A model generated the notes under the pieces. It was not told where the DNA came from and made no database searches. It saw nothing but the letters and a program-made list of their open reading frames with translations. From sequence record OR352953.1: a DNA stretch of 64,000 bases; one strand, 5' to 3'. Of the stretch, positions 17,458-26,241 are shown piece by piece; positions within the stretch are counted from its first letter, which is position 1, and the number at the start of each line of letters is the position of its first letter. The position numbers and the translations under genes were made by a program. This DNA comes from Escherichia phage AV123.

Positions 17458-17823
17458 ATGGCTAAAAATATCAATGTTTCTGCTTATGCTACCCTGGCTA
17501 ACACTGCTAAAATTGAACTATCCAGCATTGAAGCGGTACATATTAGCGCCCGTCGCTGGTTTCAAAAGTCTTATGGTAATACTTATTTCTCTTTGATGGT
17601 TGACGTTGAGATCGGCGGTAAACTGATTGAAGTCGTTAACGTTCCGTTTCAATATGGTTATGGTGATCATTTTGATACCGTTGCCCTAGAAGAGTTTAGC
17701 AAGGTTATCAACCTGGAAGGTAAAGAGTTTTCAAATTATGCATACCTTTCCCGTTTTTGCCGTGATAATGGGATCGCTGTATACAGTCATGCAAGCGATG
17801 TTAAACGTAAAAAAGATTTATAA
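17458..17823 (+). CDS. hypothetical early protein
   Basis: 121 aa; own promoter TTGACA-18-CATAAT at 17382. Confidence 0.55.
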   Translation: MAKNINVSAYATLANTAKIELSSIEAVHISARRWFQKSYGNTYFSLMVDVEIGGKLIEVVNVPFQYGYGDHFDTVALEEFSKVINLEGKEFSNYAYLSRFCRDNGIAVYSHASDVKRKKDL

Positions 17824-17829
17824 AAAGCA

Positions 17830-17887
17830 TTGACAGCACGAATAAAAAGCATATAATACTTATATCGAGAGCGGGAATAGTTCCCGC
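17830..17887 (+). promoter_or_regulatory. promoter plus leader stem-loop cassette 3
   Basis: TTGACA-16-TATAAT then GCGGGAATAGTTCCCGC. Confidence 0.6.
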
Positions 17888-17911
17888 CTCACTGAAAAAG
17901 AGATTAACATC

Positions 17912-18151
17912 ATGGCTAAATCTAAAATGTTCTTAGGTCACAAAAACAAAACTCATTGGAATGTAAGCCTTTGGATCAACAACGATGAAGGTTTTTATAA
18001 TCTTGCGCGTGAATTTATCGCAGCTAACACCAATAAGAATGACGCAGCGCGGGATATGATGTTATTTCTTGAAAGTATGGATCAAGATAAAACGCCAGAC
18101 GGATTCAAGTTCAGTAAAACCGCGATCCGTGCCGCTATGGTTGGAATGTAA
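17912..18151 (+). CDS. hypothetical early protein
   Basis: 79 aa. Confidence 0.55.
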   Translation: MAKSKMFLGHKNKTHWNVSLWINNDEGFYNLAREFIAANTNKNDAARDMMLFLESMDQDKTPDGFKFSKTAIRAAMVGM

Positions 18152-18246
18152 AGGAGGTATAAAAATGAAACATCGTTCGACCTATCTCACAAAACGTTTT
18201 AGCTTAGATCATAAGTTAGGCTATTACGGAAGAAATAGAAAATAAT

Positions 18247-18306
18247 TTGACACTGTTTAAAATTCTGGTATAGTTTATCACATAGGGCGGGAAATGGTTT
18301 CCCGCC
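18247..18306 (+). promoter_or_regulatory. promoter plus leader stem-loop cassette 4
   Basis: TTGACA-16-TATAGT then GGCGGGAAATGGTTTCCCGCC. Confidence 0.6.
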
Positions 18307-18328
18307 AAATCAAAGAAAGGTTATCATT

Positions 18329-18556
18329 ATGGCTATCGTTATTGTTCGCGTATCCGGTACGGTTGGAAGCTCCCAGGTAGTAGCAGTTATCACAGAGAAG
18401 AAAGGGGATGATCTTCACTCCTCCTTGAATAGCTGGGCGGTCGCTAACTTTGGGCAATGGTCGAGCGTTGAGTACATCGAATCCTACCAGGTGCCAACGA
18501 TTAGCCTAACCGATCTAAATGTTGATCGCTTGTTGTGCCTGGATCAATTAAACTAA
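18329..18556 (+). CDS. hypothetical early protein
   Basis: 75 aa. Confidence 0.55.
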   Translation: MAIVIVRVSGTVGSSQVVAVITEKKGDDLHSSLNSWAVANFGQWSSVEYIESYQVPTISLTDLNVDRLLCLDQLN

Positions 18557-18564
18557 AAATAATA

Positions 18565-18620
18565 TTGACAAGATAACTAAAATCAGTAAAATGTAATGCA
18601 TAGGGCGGCAATAGTGCCGC
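18565..18620 (+). promoter_or_regulatory. promoter plus leader stem-loop cassette 5
   Basis: TTGACA-16-TAAAAT then GCGGCAATAGTGCCGC. Confidence 0.55.
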
Positions 18621-18643
18621 TCCTAGTGAGAGAGATTATCAAG

Positions 18644-18859
18644 ATGGCTAATATCCGCACACTGTTAAAAAATGCAAGTCAAGTTTTATTTTCAGATGAC
18701 GAGTATTTCAACAAAGACATTACAGGCGTGAAAAATTTAAAAGACGTGAAGGATGTTATCGGTATCCGTGGATCTTTACGTAAAGGTGACATATACGGTA
18801 ACAAGGTGCAATATAAACTGTCAAAAGATTATGATTTTACTTTGACATTTATTTCATAA
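18644..18859 (+). CDS. hypothetical early protein
   Basis: start reset to ATG 18644 downstream of the hairpin. Confidence 0.5.
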   Translation: MANIRTLLKNASQVLFSDDEYFNKDITGVKNLKDVKDVIGIRGSLRKGDIYGNKVQYKLSKDYDFTLTFIS

Positions 18860-18864
18860 AACCG

Positions 18865-18926
18865 CTTGCAATACTGCAAAAATAAAGTAAACTGTATTCA
18901 TCAAGGCGGTGGAATAGCCCACCGCC
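18865..18926 (+). promoter_or_regulatory. promoter plus leader stem-loop cassette 6
   Basis: TTGCAA -35-like, weak -10, GGCGGTGGAATAGCCCACCGCC hairpin. Confidence 0.4.
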
Positions 18927-18949
18927 TAACAAAGAGAAGAGGAAACATC

Positions 18950-19120
18950 ATGATCACTTTCGCTACCCGTGAAGCCGCTCGCAACGTTGCACGTAAAGTT
19001 AACGCCGCCAACCTGGGCGCTACGCTTAAAGCCCCGGTAAAAGATGAATCAGGTAAATGGATCTTCCCTGGTCTGCGTCACGCTGATAAGCTGGGAACGT
19101 TAACGCTAAAAAATAAATAA
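18950..19120 (+). CDS. small hypothetical protein
   Basis: start reset to ATG 18950 after hairpin; AGAGGA RBS. Confidence 0.5.
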   Translation: MITFATREAARNVARKVNAANLGATLKAPVKDESGKWIFPGLRHADKLGTLTLKNK

Positions 19121-19127
19121 AATCCGC

Positions 19128-19186
19128 TTGACAGTAGCATCATTTATAAGTAAAGTAACAACAACGGCGGGAAATGGTTTCCCGCC
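19128..19186 (+). promoter_or_regulatory. promoter plus leader stem-loop cassette 7
   Basis: TTGACA-17-TAAAGT then GGCGGGAAATGGTTTCCCGCC. Confidence 0.6.
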
Positions 19187-19206
19187 ATCAATAAAGAGAT
19201 AAGATC

Positions 19207-19566
19207 ATGAAATCAGTAAAAGCAATTAAAACTTACATTGTGTCGGCTATTTCTTTTGATGGTACTACAACCGAAAAAGAAAAGATCACCGAACTGATGC
19301 GCCGTTTTAACTCTGAATACTGGTATCCCGATAATCAAAAACGTTACAATTATAACGTGATCAAGGCGATAGCCTCATGGTTACAAGGTTTACCGTCAGA
19401 CATTAACATCGCCTTTGATTATAACGAGATTGATCATTTATTAATTGAATGGAAGTACATAAAAGAAACAAGCAAAGAAACAACCGTTACCCGTGAGCGG
19501 GAAAATTATTGGTTATATATTGCAAGCATGATCGTAATCCTGGCAAAACAGCATAACGTGGCGTAA
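19207..19566 (+). CDS. hypothetical early protein
   Basis: 119 aa. Confidence 0.55.
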   Translation: MKSVKAIKTYIVSAISFDGTTTEKEKITELMRRFNSEYWYPDNQKRYNYNVIKAIASWLQGLPSDINIAFDYNEIDHLLIEWKYIKETSKETTVTRERENYWLYIASMIVILAKQHNVA

Positions 19567-19581
19567 TTAAGAGGAAGAAAC

Positions 19582-19719
19582 ATGAACGCATCACAGCAGA
19601 TCGAAAAATTCAACCGCAGCAAGGCGCGTAAAGATTGGAACGAAGAGATCACCAAAAAAGGCGACAAGCGGAACAAAACAAAGAGAGATCGCAGCACAAA
19701 AAGATACTGGAACGAATAA
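19582..19719 (+). CDS. small lysine/arginine-rich protein (45 aa)
   Basis: hand-translated; AAGAGGAAG RBS. Confidence 0.45.
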   Translation: MNASQQIEKFNRSKARKDWNEEITKKGDKRNKTKRDRSTKRYWNE

Positions 19720-19723
19720 CAAA

Positions 19724-19747
19724 AAAGGGCGCAATAAGCGCCCTTTT
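19724..19747 (+). terminator. rho-independent terminator
   Basis: GGGCGCAATAAGCGCCC then TTTTAGC. Confidence 0.55.
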
Positions 19748-19838
19748 AGCTTATATAGAGGCTTGTTACCCATAGGCAATGGTAACGCCAGGATAAGCCT
19801 ATAAATCAACGTTAGACGGCTTTACAGGAGCTTTAAAA

Positions 19839-20021
19839 ATGAAATTAGACGAAATAAGCAAGGCACTAGCCCAGGGGCAAAGGTTATGCGCCCGATATCG
19901 TGATCAATATGGCTTCATAACTAGCGGCGTGATCCTGGGGATTGAAGGCAATAAGATTTTTATTGACACGTTGAAAAACGTTGTATATAGTGACAATATA
20001 ATCTCAATAAAACATATATGA
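19839..20021 (+). CDS. hypothetical protein
   Basis: 60 aa; AGGAG RBS. Confidence 0.45.
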   Translation: MKLDEISKALAQGQRLCARYRDQYGFITSGVILGIEGNKIFIDTLKNVVYSDNIISIKHI

Positions 20022-20029
20022 GGCAAGAA

Positions 20030-20431
20030 ATGAAAAAATTATTGATCGCTGGTTTAATCTCTTTTGGCATGGTTGGAACATCTAGCGCGGCGATATCCTC
20101 CACAGTAGCAGAATTAAGCGCCGTTGATGCAATGGAAAACGTCATGCTTATTAATAATGCGATCCCCGATGAAATCATGGAGGATTCACACATGATCGCT
20201 TATGGTGCTGTTACACAACTAACGGCAAAAATAGATAAATCTATTGTTAACGGCTTAAATGAAGATGTGCCATGTGAAATTATTACCAGTGTGCTGACTA
20301 CTCAAAATTTTACGCCGTGGTTAAAAAGTATTCAAAAAGTACACAGTACAGCCGCAGATCGTAGCAATGAAAAACTAGTGTCAGCACTTGCAACGTATAC
20401 CCTAGCAAAATGCACCGAGATAAAAGATTGA
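20030..20431 (+). CDS. secreted protein with signal peptide
   Basis: MKKLLIAGLISFGMVGTSSAA; start reset to ATG 20030. Confidence 0.55.
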   Translation: MKKLLIAGLISFGMVGTSSAAISSTVAELSAVDAMENVMLINNAIPDEIMEDSHMIAYGAVTQLTAKIDKSIVNGLNEDVPCEIITSVLTTQNFTPWLKSIQKVHSTAADRSNEKLVSALATYTLAKCTEIKD

Positions 20432-20478
20432 CAACATAGAAAGCACGTTATAAGATACACACAACAAAGGAGAACTAC

Positions 20479-20781
20479 ATGAACGGCATAGCTAAAACGT
20501 TTTTTCTTTTTTCTGGTGTAAATGATCCATCAATAAAAGTCGATAGTGTAAAAGAAAACAATACTATCACCGCTAAATTGTTTCAAGATGAAACAAATAA
20601 CGTGCTAATCATTAATCTTAAAGAAATAACGAAAGGTTATTATACTATTGCTTACCATGCAATCTATCGTGCTGGTACTAGTGAGGAAGTGCAAACAAGC
20701 AACAACGAAAGCGCGGCACTACCTGGTGATCTGGTGCTGGGCGTTATCAGTTTAATTGTCAATGATTTTTTTAAGGAGTAA
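20479..20781 (+). CDS. hypothetical protein
   Basis: 100 aa; promoter TTGACA-17-TAAGAT at 20428. Confidence 0.55.
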   Translation: MNGIAKTFFLFSGVNDPSIKVDSVKENNTITAKLFQDETNNVLIINLKEITKGYYTIAYHAIYRAGTSEEVQTSNNESAALPGDLVLGVISLIVNDFFKE

Positions 20782-20785
20782 AACC

Positions 20786-20881
20786 ATGCCCTATTTACAT
20801 TTATTTTTCGGTATCTTATTGACAGGATCTTTTTTCTTCTGTATGCTTGTTTCTATTGTAAACCACGTTTTAAGACATTAA
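20786..20881 (+). CDS. hydrophobic micro-protein (31 aa)
   Basis: hand-translated; strong TAAGGAG RBS. Confidence 0.4.
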   Translation: MPYLHLFFGILLTGSFFFCMLVSIVNHVLRH

Positions 20882-20890
20882 GGAAACAGC

Positions 20891-21010
20891 ATGAAAATTA
20901 TTCCCGTACAATATAGCGTAATAAATCCAGCATACGAGGAAGGAAGGAAAACAAGCATGGCTTTATGTTGTATTGCTACTATAGCCATGTTGTTATACAT
21001 TGTGTTTTAA
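20891..21010 (+). CDS. hydrophobic micro-protein (39 aa)
   Basis: hand-translated; AAGGAAA RBS. Confidence 0.35.
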   Translation: MKIIPVQYSVINPAYEEGRKTSMALCCIATIAMLLYIVF

Positions 21011-21110
21011 TAGGTTTTATAGTTGTACGCTTTAAAGGCTTGACAATTTTTTGTTATGCTTTAAACTATATCTTGAAAACGGCAAAGGCCGCAAACAAAA
21101 GGGTAAAATT

Positions 21111-21434
21111 ATGAAATCTGTGATCGGTGTTTATTTGGATAACTCTGATTTTTTCTATCATCGCGCGCGTTTACTTGATGCTATTGAAATGATAGAATCA
21201 GGCTTTAAAGAGTATCGCCTTGCACATGATGACCTGGAAGCATTACAGGGCAATAGTGTTTTTACATTGCAAGCGAAAGCACTATGCAAAAGCCGGATCG
21301 AGATTGCAAGTAAAAAGATACAACGCGGCATGTCCTGGTTGCGCACCGCAGAAATCAACATGGGGCAATGGTACGGCGAAAACTTAGAAAATAAACGCAC
21401 TTTTGTAAATGTAGAAAATCTTAAAGATTATTGA
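21111..21434 (+). CDS. hypothetical protein
   Basis: start reset to ATG 21111. Confidence 0.5.
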   Translation: MKSVIGVYLDNSDFFYHRARLLDAIEMIESGFKEYRLAHDDLEALQGNSVFTLQAKALCKSRIEIASKKIQRGMSWLRTAEINMGQWYGENLENKRTFVNVENLKDY

Positions 21435-21496
21435 TTGACAGCACACCTAACAGATAGTATATTGTATCTCATAGAGCGGGGAAATGGTTTCCCCGC
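21435..21496 (+). promoter_or_regulatory. promoter plus leader stem-loop cassette 8
   Basis: TTGACA-17-TATATT then GCGGGGAAATGGTTTCCCCGC. Confidence 0.6.
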
Positions 21497-21516
21497 CTTA
21501 ACAGAAGAGATAAGCT

Positions 21517-21801
21517 ATGAAGATCACAAAAGCACTTTCCAACTATGCAGCACGTCGCGGATTATGTTTAACCGTTGAAAATTTAGGGAAAGAAGATTTT
21601 TTGTGCTTTTGGGAGCTTGAGAATGATAATGAGTGGATCTTCTCTTATTCTATCTGCGAAGATCAAAACGGTTGTTTATTAACCTGGCGCGGTAATATCT
21701 ATCTACCGGAAGAAATCAAAGAAGAATTACCAGGCACGATCATGACTGAGAAACAGCTTAAGGAAGTGATCAATTTTGTAGGGCAAAACATTAAAAAATA
21801 A
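21517..21801 (+). CDS. hypothetical early protein
   Basis: 94 aa. Confidence 0.55.
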   Translation: MKITKALSNYAARRGLCLTVENLGKEDFLCFWELENDNEWIFSYSICEDQNGCLLTWRGNIYLPEEIKEELPGTIMTEKQLKEVINFVGQNIKK

Positions 21802-21802
21802 T

Positions 21803-21862
21803 TTGACACTAGGCAAACAACGTAGTAAAGTTTATCACATAGGGCGGGAAATGGTTTCCCGC
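21803..21862 (+). promoter_or_regulatory. promoter plus leader stem-loop cassette 9
   Basis: TTGACA-17-TAAAGT then GGGCGGGAAATGGTTTCCCGC. Confidence 0.6.
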
Positions 21863-21885
21863 TCACAACAGAAGAGAAACAAATC

Positions 21886-22056
21886 ATGATCCCAACTATG
21901 TTTTATGTATCGCGCAAAGGTCACAATATTTTTTGGTCTGAAGATTTAAATGAAGCCATGACGTTTGCCCGTGATCGTGTTGCTATCGGTGGCGTTAACA
22001 TTACTGTAACCGATGAAAACGGCATTGAATACTATAACGGCGACGATGAAGAGTAA
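21886..22056 (+). CDS. small hypothetical protein (56 aa)
   Basis: hand-translated; follows cassette 9. Confidence 0.45.
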   Translation: MIPTMFYVSRKGHNIFWSEDLNEAMTFARDRVAIGGVNITVTDENGIEYYNGDDEE

Positions 22057-22063
22057 TTAATAA

Positions 22064-22084
22064 GGCGGGGGAGTATTCCCCGCC
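22064..22084 (+). promoter_or_regulatory. leader stem-loop 10 (no obvious promoter)
   Basis: GGCGGGGGAGTATTCCCCGCC just upstream of RBS of 22104 gene. Confidence 0.5.
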
Positions 22085-22103
22085 GTCAATAAAGAGGTAA
22101 ATC

Positions 22104-22373
22104 ATGAAAATATCTTTGGACGTTGCAATCAAGGCCATTGAATCCGGTTACACCCTGGTAAAAGATGATAAGGCTAAAACCGTGCACCACGTTAACAAGG
22201 AAACAGGCGAAAGCATGATCACATATAAAACCGCCTATTTTCTCCAATCAGTAGCAGATCCGCGCGTACAACGCCAGGTTACGGCGGCTATTGCTAAAAA
22301 ATTATGTGCTTTACAGGGTACAAGTTTTAACGAGATCGCCCCGTGTTTTGACTGGTCGAGCTTGAAAAAATAG
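22104..22373 (+). CDS. hypothetical early protein
   Basis: 89 aa. Confidence 0.55.
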   Translation: MKISLDVAIKAIESGYTLVKDDKAKTVHHVNKETGESMITYKTAYFLQSVADPRVQRQVTAAIAKKLCALQGTSFNEIAPCFDWSSLKK

Positions 22374-22374
22374 T

Positions 22375-22430
22375 TTGACAACAATTATAAATCGGGTAGA
22401 ATGTATTTCGTAGGGCGGCAATAGTGCCGC
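22375..22430 (+). promoter_or_regulatory. promoter plus leader stem-loop cassette 11
   Basis: TTGACA-17-TAGAAT then GGCGGCAATAGTGCCGC. Confidence 0.6.
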
Positions 22431-22453
22431 TCACAACTAAAAGAGAAATCAGC

Positions 22454-22648
22454 ATGGCGCTTAAAAAACTAACAAGCAATACTCGTTGGGATGAAATCGA
22501 CGGAGAAGTTTACATTTTCGCCCGTAAACCAGGTGATCAAAAATGGTCTAAGGCTTTTACTTGCCACCCTGCAACAATAGACCTGATAAAAAGGGAAGGT
22601 TTACGTGAAGCGGTAGCAAGAAGTTTACTGATCCCTTATAAAAAATAG
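22454..22648 (+). CDS. hypothetical early protein
   Basis: start reset to ATG 22454 after hairpin. Confidence 0.5.
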   Translation: MALKKLTSNTRWDEIDGEVYIFARKPGDQKWSKAFTCHPATIDLIKREGLREAVARSLLIPYKK

Positions 22649-22649
22649 T

Positions 22650-22711
22650 TTGACAATACGCGGTTATCTGGTAAAGTGTACGACATAGGGCGGGGCAATA
22701 AGGCAACGCCC
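22650..22711 (+). promoter_or_regulatory. promoter plus leader stem-loop cassette 12
   Basis: TTGACA-16-TAAAGT then GGGCG...CGCCC hairpin. Confidence 0.55.
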
Positions 22712-22729
22712 ATTAATGAGGGTAGAATC

Positions 22730-22834
22730 ATGTTAGAGAAAATTTTCACGGTTGTAATAGTTGGCCTGGCGTTATCGGTTGGATTGGTTGCAACTATGGC
22801 TAACATGATCCTATCTTCCCACGGTATTGGATAA
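22730..22834 (+). CDS. hydrophobic micro-protein (34 aa)
   Basis: hand-translated; GAGGG RBS. Confidence 0.4.
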   Translation: MLEKIFTVVIVGLALSVGLVATMANMILSSHGIG

Positions 22835-22844
22835 GGTGAATCAA

Positions 22845-23060
22845 ATGATCACGAATAAGACAGGTAAAACAGAATTTTTACGCGGCTTGCAAATAGGTAA
22901 ACCTGAGATCTGGCATTGCACTAAATCCGCGCATAATGAAATGAAAGATTTTACCGCTACTTTACAACGTGTTAAAATATCTATCACGCAGAAAAAAGCC
23001 TTGTTAGTAGTAGAAAACGAGATACCGCAAACCATTATTATTGTCGAGCGTACAGCATGA
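22845..23060 (+). CDS. hypothetical protein
   Basis: start reset from TTG 22827 to ATG 22845. Confidence 0.45.
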   Translation: MITNKTGKTEFLRGLQIGKPEIWHCTKSAHNEMKDFTATLQRVKISITQKKALLVVENEIPQTIIIVERTA

Positions 23061-23443
23061 AAACTGAAATCATTATTGAAATCATCAACGGTTATAAAGA
23101 AGCCTTTATTTTTGCTGAATCAGCCAGGGATCATGAAGGCTATTTTATTGATAACTTAGACGATTATGATTTTTCAGATCAAGCCCATCAGCGGATCATT
23201 CATGACGTAGCGGCTTATTGTGATGCCAATGATGCTGCTATCTCTGAGGCAATGAGCGACGGCGCTACAGCAAACCAGATCGGGAATGATTTACATTTTA
23301 CCCGTAACGGTCACGGCGTAGGCTTTTGGGATCGCCCTGAAATATACACTACTAACACCGCCAACCGCCTAACAAATGCAGCTAAATTAATGCCATCGGT
23401 GCATGCTTACATTGGTGAAGATAATTTGATTTATATTGAATAA
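23057..23443 (+). CDS. hypothetical protein
   Basis: 128 aa; ATG overlaps upstream stop. Confidence 0.55.
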   Translation: MKTEIIIEIINGYKEAFIFAESARDHEGYFIDNLDDYDFSDQAHQRIIHDVAAYCDANDAAISEAMSDGATANQIGNDLHFTRNGHGVGFWDRPEIYTTNTANRLTNAAKLMPSVHAYIGEDNLIYIE

Positions 23444-23449
23444 AAAGTA

Positions 23450-23508
23450 TTGACACCGATCCCCAATATGTTATTATTTACCACGTAGGCGGGAAATGGT
23501 TTCCCGCC
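23450..23508 (+). promoter_or_regulatory. promoter plus leader stem-loop cassette 13
   Basis: TTGACA-16-TATTAT then GGCGGGAAATGGTTTCCCGCC. Confidence 0.6.
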
Positions 23509-23531
23509 AGGTAATCAAAAAGGTAAATACT

Positions 23532-23921
23532 ATGCGCAACCTGGTTTCTGTTTCTAACGTTGAAAAATTCCAATCTTTACAGGGTATCGTTAACAACGTA
23601 GCGCCTTTTTTAGTCAATGGCTTGATTGCAAAGATGAAAAATAAACATCATGCGGCATGGTCTGCTTACTGCTTTGATAATGATGAAAAAGCGGCTGAAA
23701 TGATGTTAAATATGCTGTTAGACAGTGTAGAATCATCTTTACCGGAAAACATCGCAGAAGAGATCACCTATCGTTATAATATGGCGATCACTTACCAGGA
23801 GGTTGCGCAATTTAATATGATGGATGATGACGAACAACAGGATCAGGAAATGTTCTGGGAGTATGCAGATCGTCAATCGGCTTTTGATGAAAAGTTAGCG
23901 ATGTATTATAACGAATATTAA
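23532..23921 (+). CDS. hypothetical acidic protein
   Basis: start reset to ATG 23532; track start lay inside the hairpin. Confidence 0.55.
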   Translation: MRNLVSVSNVEKFQSLQGIVNNVAPFLVNGLIAKMKNKHHAAWSAYCFDNDEKAAEMMLNMLLDSVESSLPENIAEEITYRYNMAITYQEVAQFNMMDDDEQQDQEMFWEYADRQSAFDEKLAMYYNEY

Positions 23922-23933
23922 TACACGGTAAAA

Positions 23934-23961
23934 GAAAGGGGCGCACTAAGCGCCCTTTTTT
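23934..23961 (+). terminator. rho-independent terminator
   Basis: GGGCGCACTAAGCGCCC then TTTTTTG. Confidence 0.65.
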
Positions 23962-24305
23962 GTATTCTTTTTCACAATGGAAGCGACACGTAAAGAATAG
24001 GCGTAAAGGTGGCGTAAAACCATCTAAAACCGACTGTAACCGCTTAAACAAGGTAGGAATGATTAATCACCTTACCAGGATGAAAAAGCTGTTATAAAGC
24101 TATCTAGAGCGTTTAAAGCACATAGGAAATAATTTGCTTTTTATCTTGCCTTTTATCCTGCTTTTGATTATTATTATGGAACGGGCGGCACCTGGGGACA
24201 GGGGAAGATAATCACCGGAAGATCCCGCTATATATTAATAGCTAATACCTATCAAACAACAAAACATCAAAGGAATAAACTATCAAATCTTTACAATCCT
24301 ACCTA

Positions 24306-24365
24306 TTGACACCGGATCGCCCTTATACTAAGATGTATCACGTAAGGCGGGAAGTGGTTTCCCGC
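24306..24365 (+). promoter_or_regulatory. promoter plus leader stem-loop cassette 14
   Basis: TTGACA-17-TAAGAT then GGCGGGAAGTGGTTTCCCGC. Confidence 0.6.
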
Positions 24366-24384
24366 TCAATATAGGAATCATATC

Positions 24385-24615
24385 ATGATCGAACAAATTA
24401 AACGCGCTGAAGCTATTAACGGCAATGTGATCTATTCTGTCAGCAATAACGAAAAAGGCGTACCCTATGCAGCGGTGATAGTACAGCCTGACGGTGATTA
24501 TTGGTTTACTGTATACGGATCTTATTCTTTTGGGCGTCCAGTACATGATAAAATTTTGAAAGTAGCTAATCCCACTGGGAAGAATATCACAGTAGAAAAA
24601 TTTTTTGAAAAATAA
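24385..24615 (+). CDS. hypothetical early protein
   Basis: 76 aa. Confidence 0.55.
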   Translation: MIEQIKRAEAINGNVIYSVSNNEKGVPYAAVIVQPDGDYWFTVYGSYSFGRPVHDKILKVANPTGKNITVEKFFEK

Positions 24616-24690
24616 CTTGCTTTATAGCCTCTGTTAACTTATAGTTATCGTGTAGGGCAAACAATTTTAAACGGTAAACGAGGAATCACC

Positions 24691-25074
24691 ATGAGCAATA
24701 TCATCAACCTGGCGGCTACTGTAAACGGTAAAGACTTTAACGGCGCTGTAGACCGTGATCCTATGTGGTGCTTGTCAGTGTTTAAAGGTGACTTGGTTGA
24801 AGTTAGAACAACCGAAGGGTATAGCGATGATTATAAATGCGAGATCCATTTACACAACTGGTACACGGGTAAAACTTATGCACTGAATCATGCGTTTATC
24901 GGCAAGGTTGAATATAGAGAAATGATCGACGAAGAAACGGGGCAAGATTTTAGCGAGCATGTTTATATTCGTTCAGAAACATTAGCCGAACGTTTGATCG
25001 AGAAAATGAAAGCAAAAAATAAAATTAATTTATCTCATTGGATTGATATAACAAACGATCCAGCTTATCAGTAA
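24691..25074 (+). CDS. hypothetical protein
   Basis: 127 aa; promoter TTGCTT-17-TATAGT at 24617; GAGGAA RBS. Confidence 0.55.
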   Translation: MSNIINLAATVNGKDFNGAVDRDPMWCLSVFKGDLVEVRTTEGYSDDYKCEIHLHNWYTGKTYALNHAFIGKVEYREMIDEETGQDFSEHVYIRSETLAERLIEKMKAKNKINLSHWIDITNDPAYQ

Positions 25075-25087
25075 ATAACATTTCAAA

Positions 25088-25116
25088 CAAGGGCGCTTAT
25101 TGCGCCCTTTCTTTTT
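25088..25116 (+). terminator. rho-independent terminator
   Basis: GGGCGCTTATTGCGCCC then TTTCTTTTT. Confidence 0.65.
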
Positions 25117-25321
25117 ACCTAAATAAAGATGATAGCTTTTACCTATCAAAAACGTTCACCGAAAAAAGTGAATAGATCGCGGTATCGAGCTAATCAAGGA
25201 GCAGATGAACAACCATACCATGAAGATCATAAGGCGCTTACAACGTGTTTTAGACCGCTTATTTTTAATTTCTTCATGTAATTACCTGGCAAAAACAGCC
25301 TTTTTCTTGTCTTTCCTCTTA

Positions 25322-25392
25322 AATGATAATCATTCTTATTTATAGCTGATTATTTATGCAATAAATTGCATAATGCAATAATGAGAATCATT
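25322..25392. promoter_or_regulatory. two Fur-box-like palindromes
   Basis: AATGATAATCATTCTTAT at 25322 and AATGAGAATCATT at 25380. Confidence 0.45.
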
Positions 25393-25801
25393 CTTAACTT
25401 AAGACCATCTAACCTATAAAATAATAAGTTATCTAACTAAATTAAAACTAATTATCTCACCTTTATTTATAACTTACTGTTACTATCTCATTGATAACAT
25501 TGTATTAAACAATAATAACTAATATAAATCATTACTAAGCTAAATATAATCTATCTAACCCTTAAAACTACAATTATAATCTATCGAATTGTTGCACAAA
25601 GTAACTATTAAATTGTTAGTAACATTACTAAATAATTCACATCCTATCTATTTATGATCTAATCTTTACCTTCCTATCTATTACTTAGATAATCATTTCA
25701 TACAGTAACCATTTCATGTAGTAATCATTCCATACAATAACTATAACAAGAAATATAATTCGCAAGCGTATCATTAGCAGCCTATGCCGGACACATAGGC
25801 G

Positions 25802-25948
25802 GCTAATAATAACGCAACTACACACCCCACATAATAACCATCACCGATAGTTATTATTTGTGCTTATGTAGCTTGCAACAATTGCAAGCGCAACAATATA
25901 CTAGGGTATATTGTATCCCTTACATTGTTGCGGTGCGTTATTATTAGC
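25802..25948. repeat. long-range inverted repeat with internal palindromes
   Basis: GCTAATAATAACGCAAC at 25802 versus GTTGCG(GTG)CGTTATTATTAGC at 25927; inner ACAATATAC..GTATATTGT. Confidence 0.6.
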
Positions 25949-26241
25949 TAATGTTTAGAACATTGGCTATAATATAAGCTATCCAATAATAAACATGGTG
26001 AATAATGACACTGATGATCATAATGCGCCACCCTCCAGGGGGCGCTATGTGAACACAAAGAAATCTTTCTTGTCAAGAAAAATATCACCATTATTGCGCA
26101 AAATTATTTATATCTGAATAGATGATTTTTCATACTATTGCCCCCTTGATTATTACCATTTGTTGAGCCTACTTTCTTAAAAGCGCAATAAAATAGAATT
26201 ATATTGATTTTTAGTCGGTTTTATAGTACAGAAAGTATGCA

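Noticed and set aside
18596-18859. ORF-track N-terminal extensions running through the leader hairpins (also 18866, 22424, 23496, 21051)
   Set aside because: The extended starts lie inside or upstream of the stem-loop and lack an RBS; downstream ATGs with good Shine-Dalgarno spacing were used instead.
15587-24365. GC hairpins in the early region considered as rho-independent terminators
   Set aside because: They lack a following U-tract and sit between a consensus -10 and the RBS of the downstream gene, so they are leader stem-loops; true terminators with U-tracts are present elsewhere (for example 19724, 23934, 25088).
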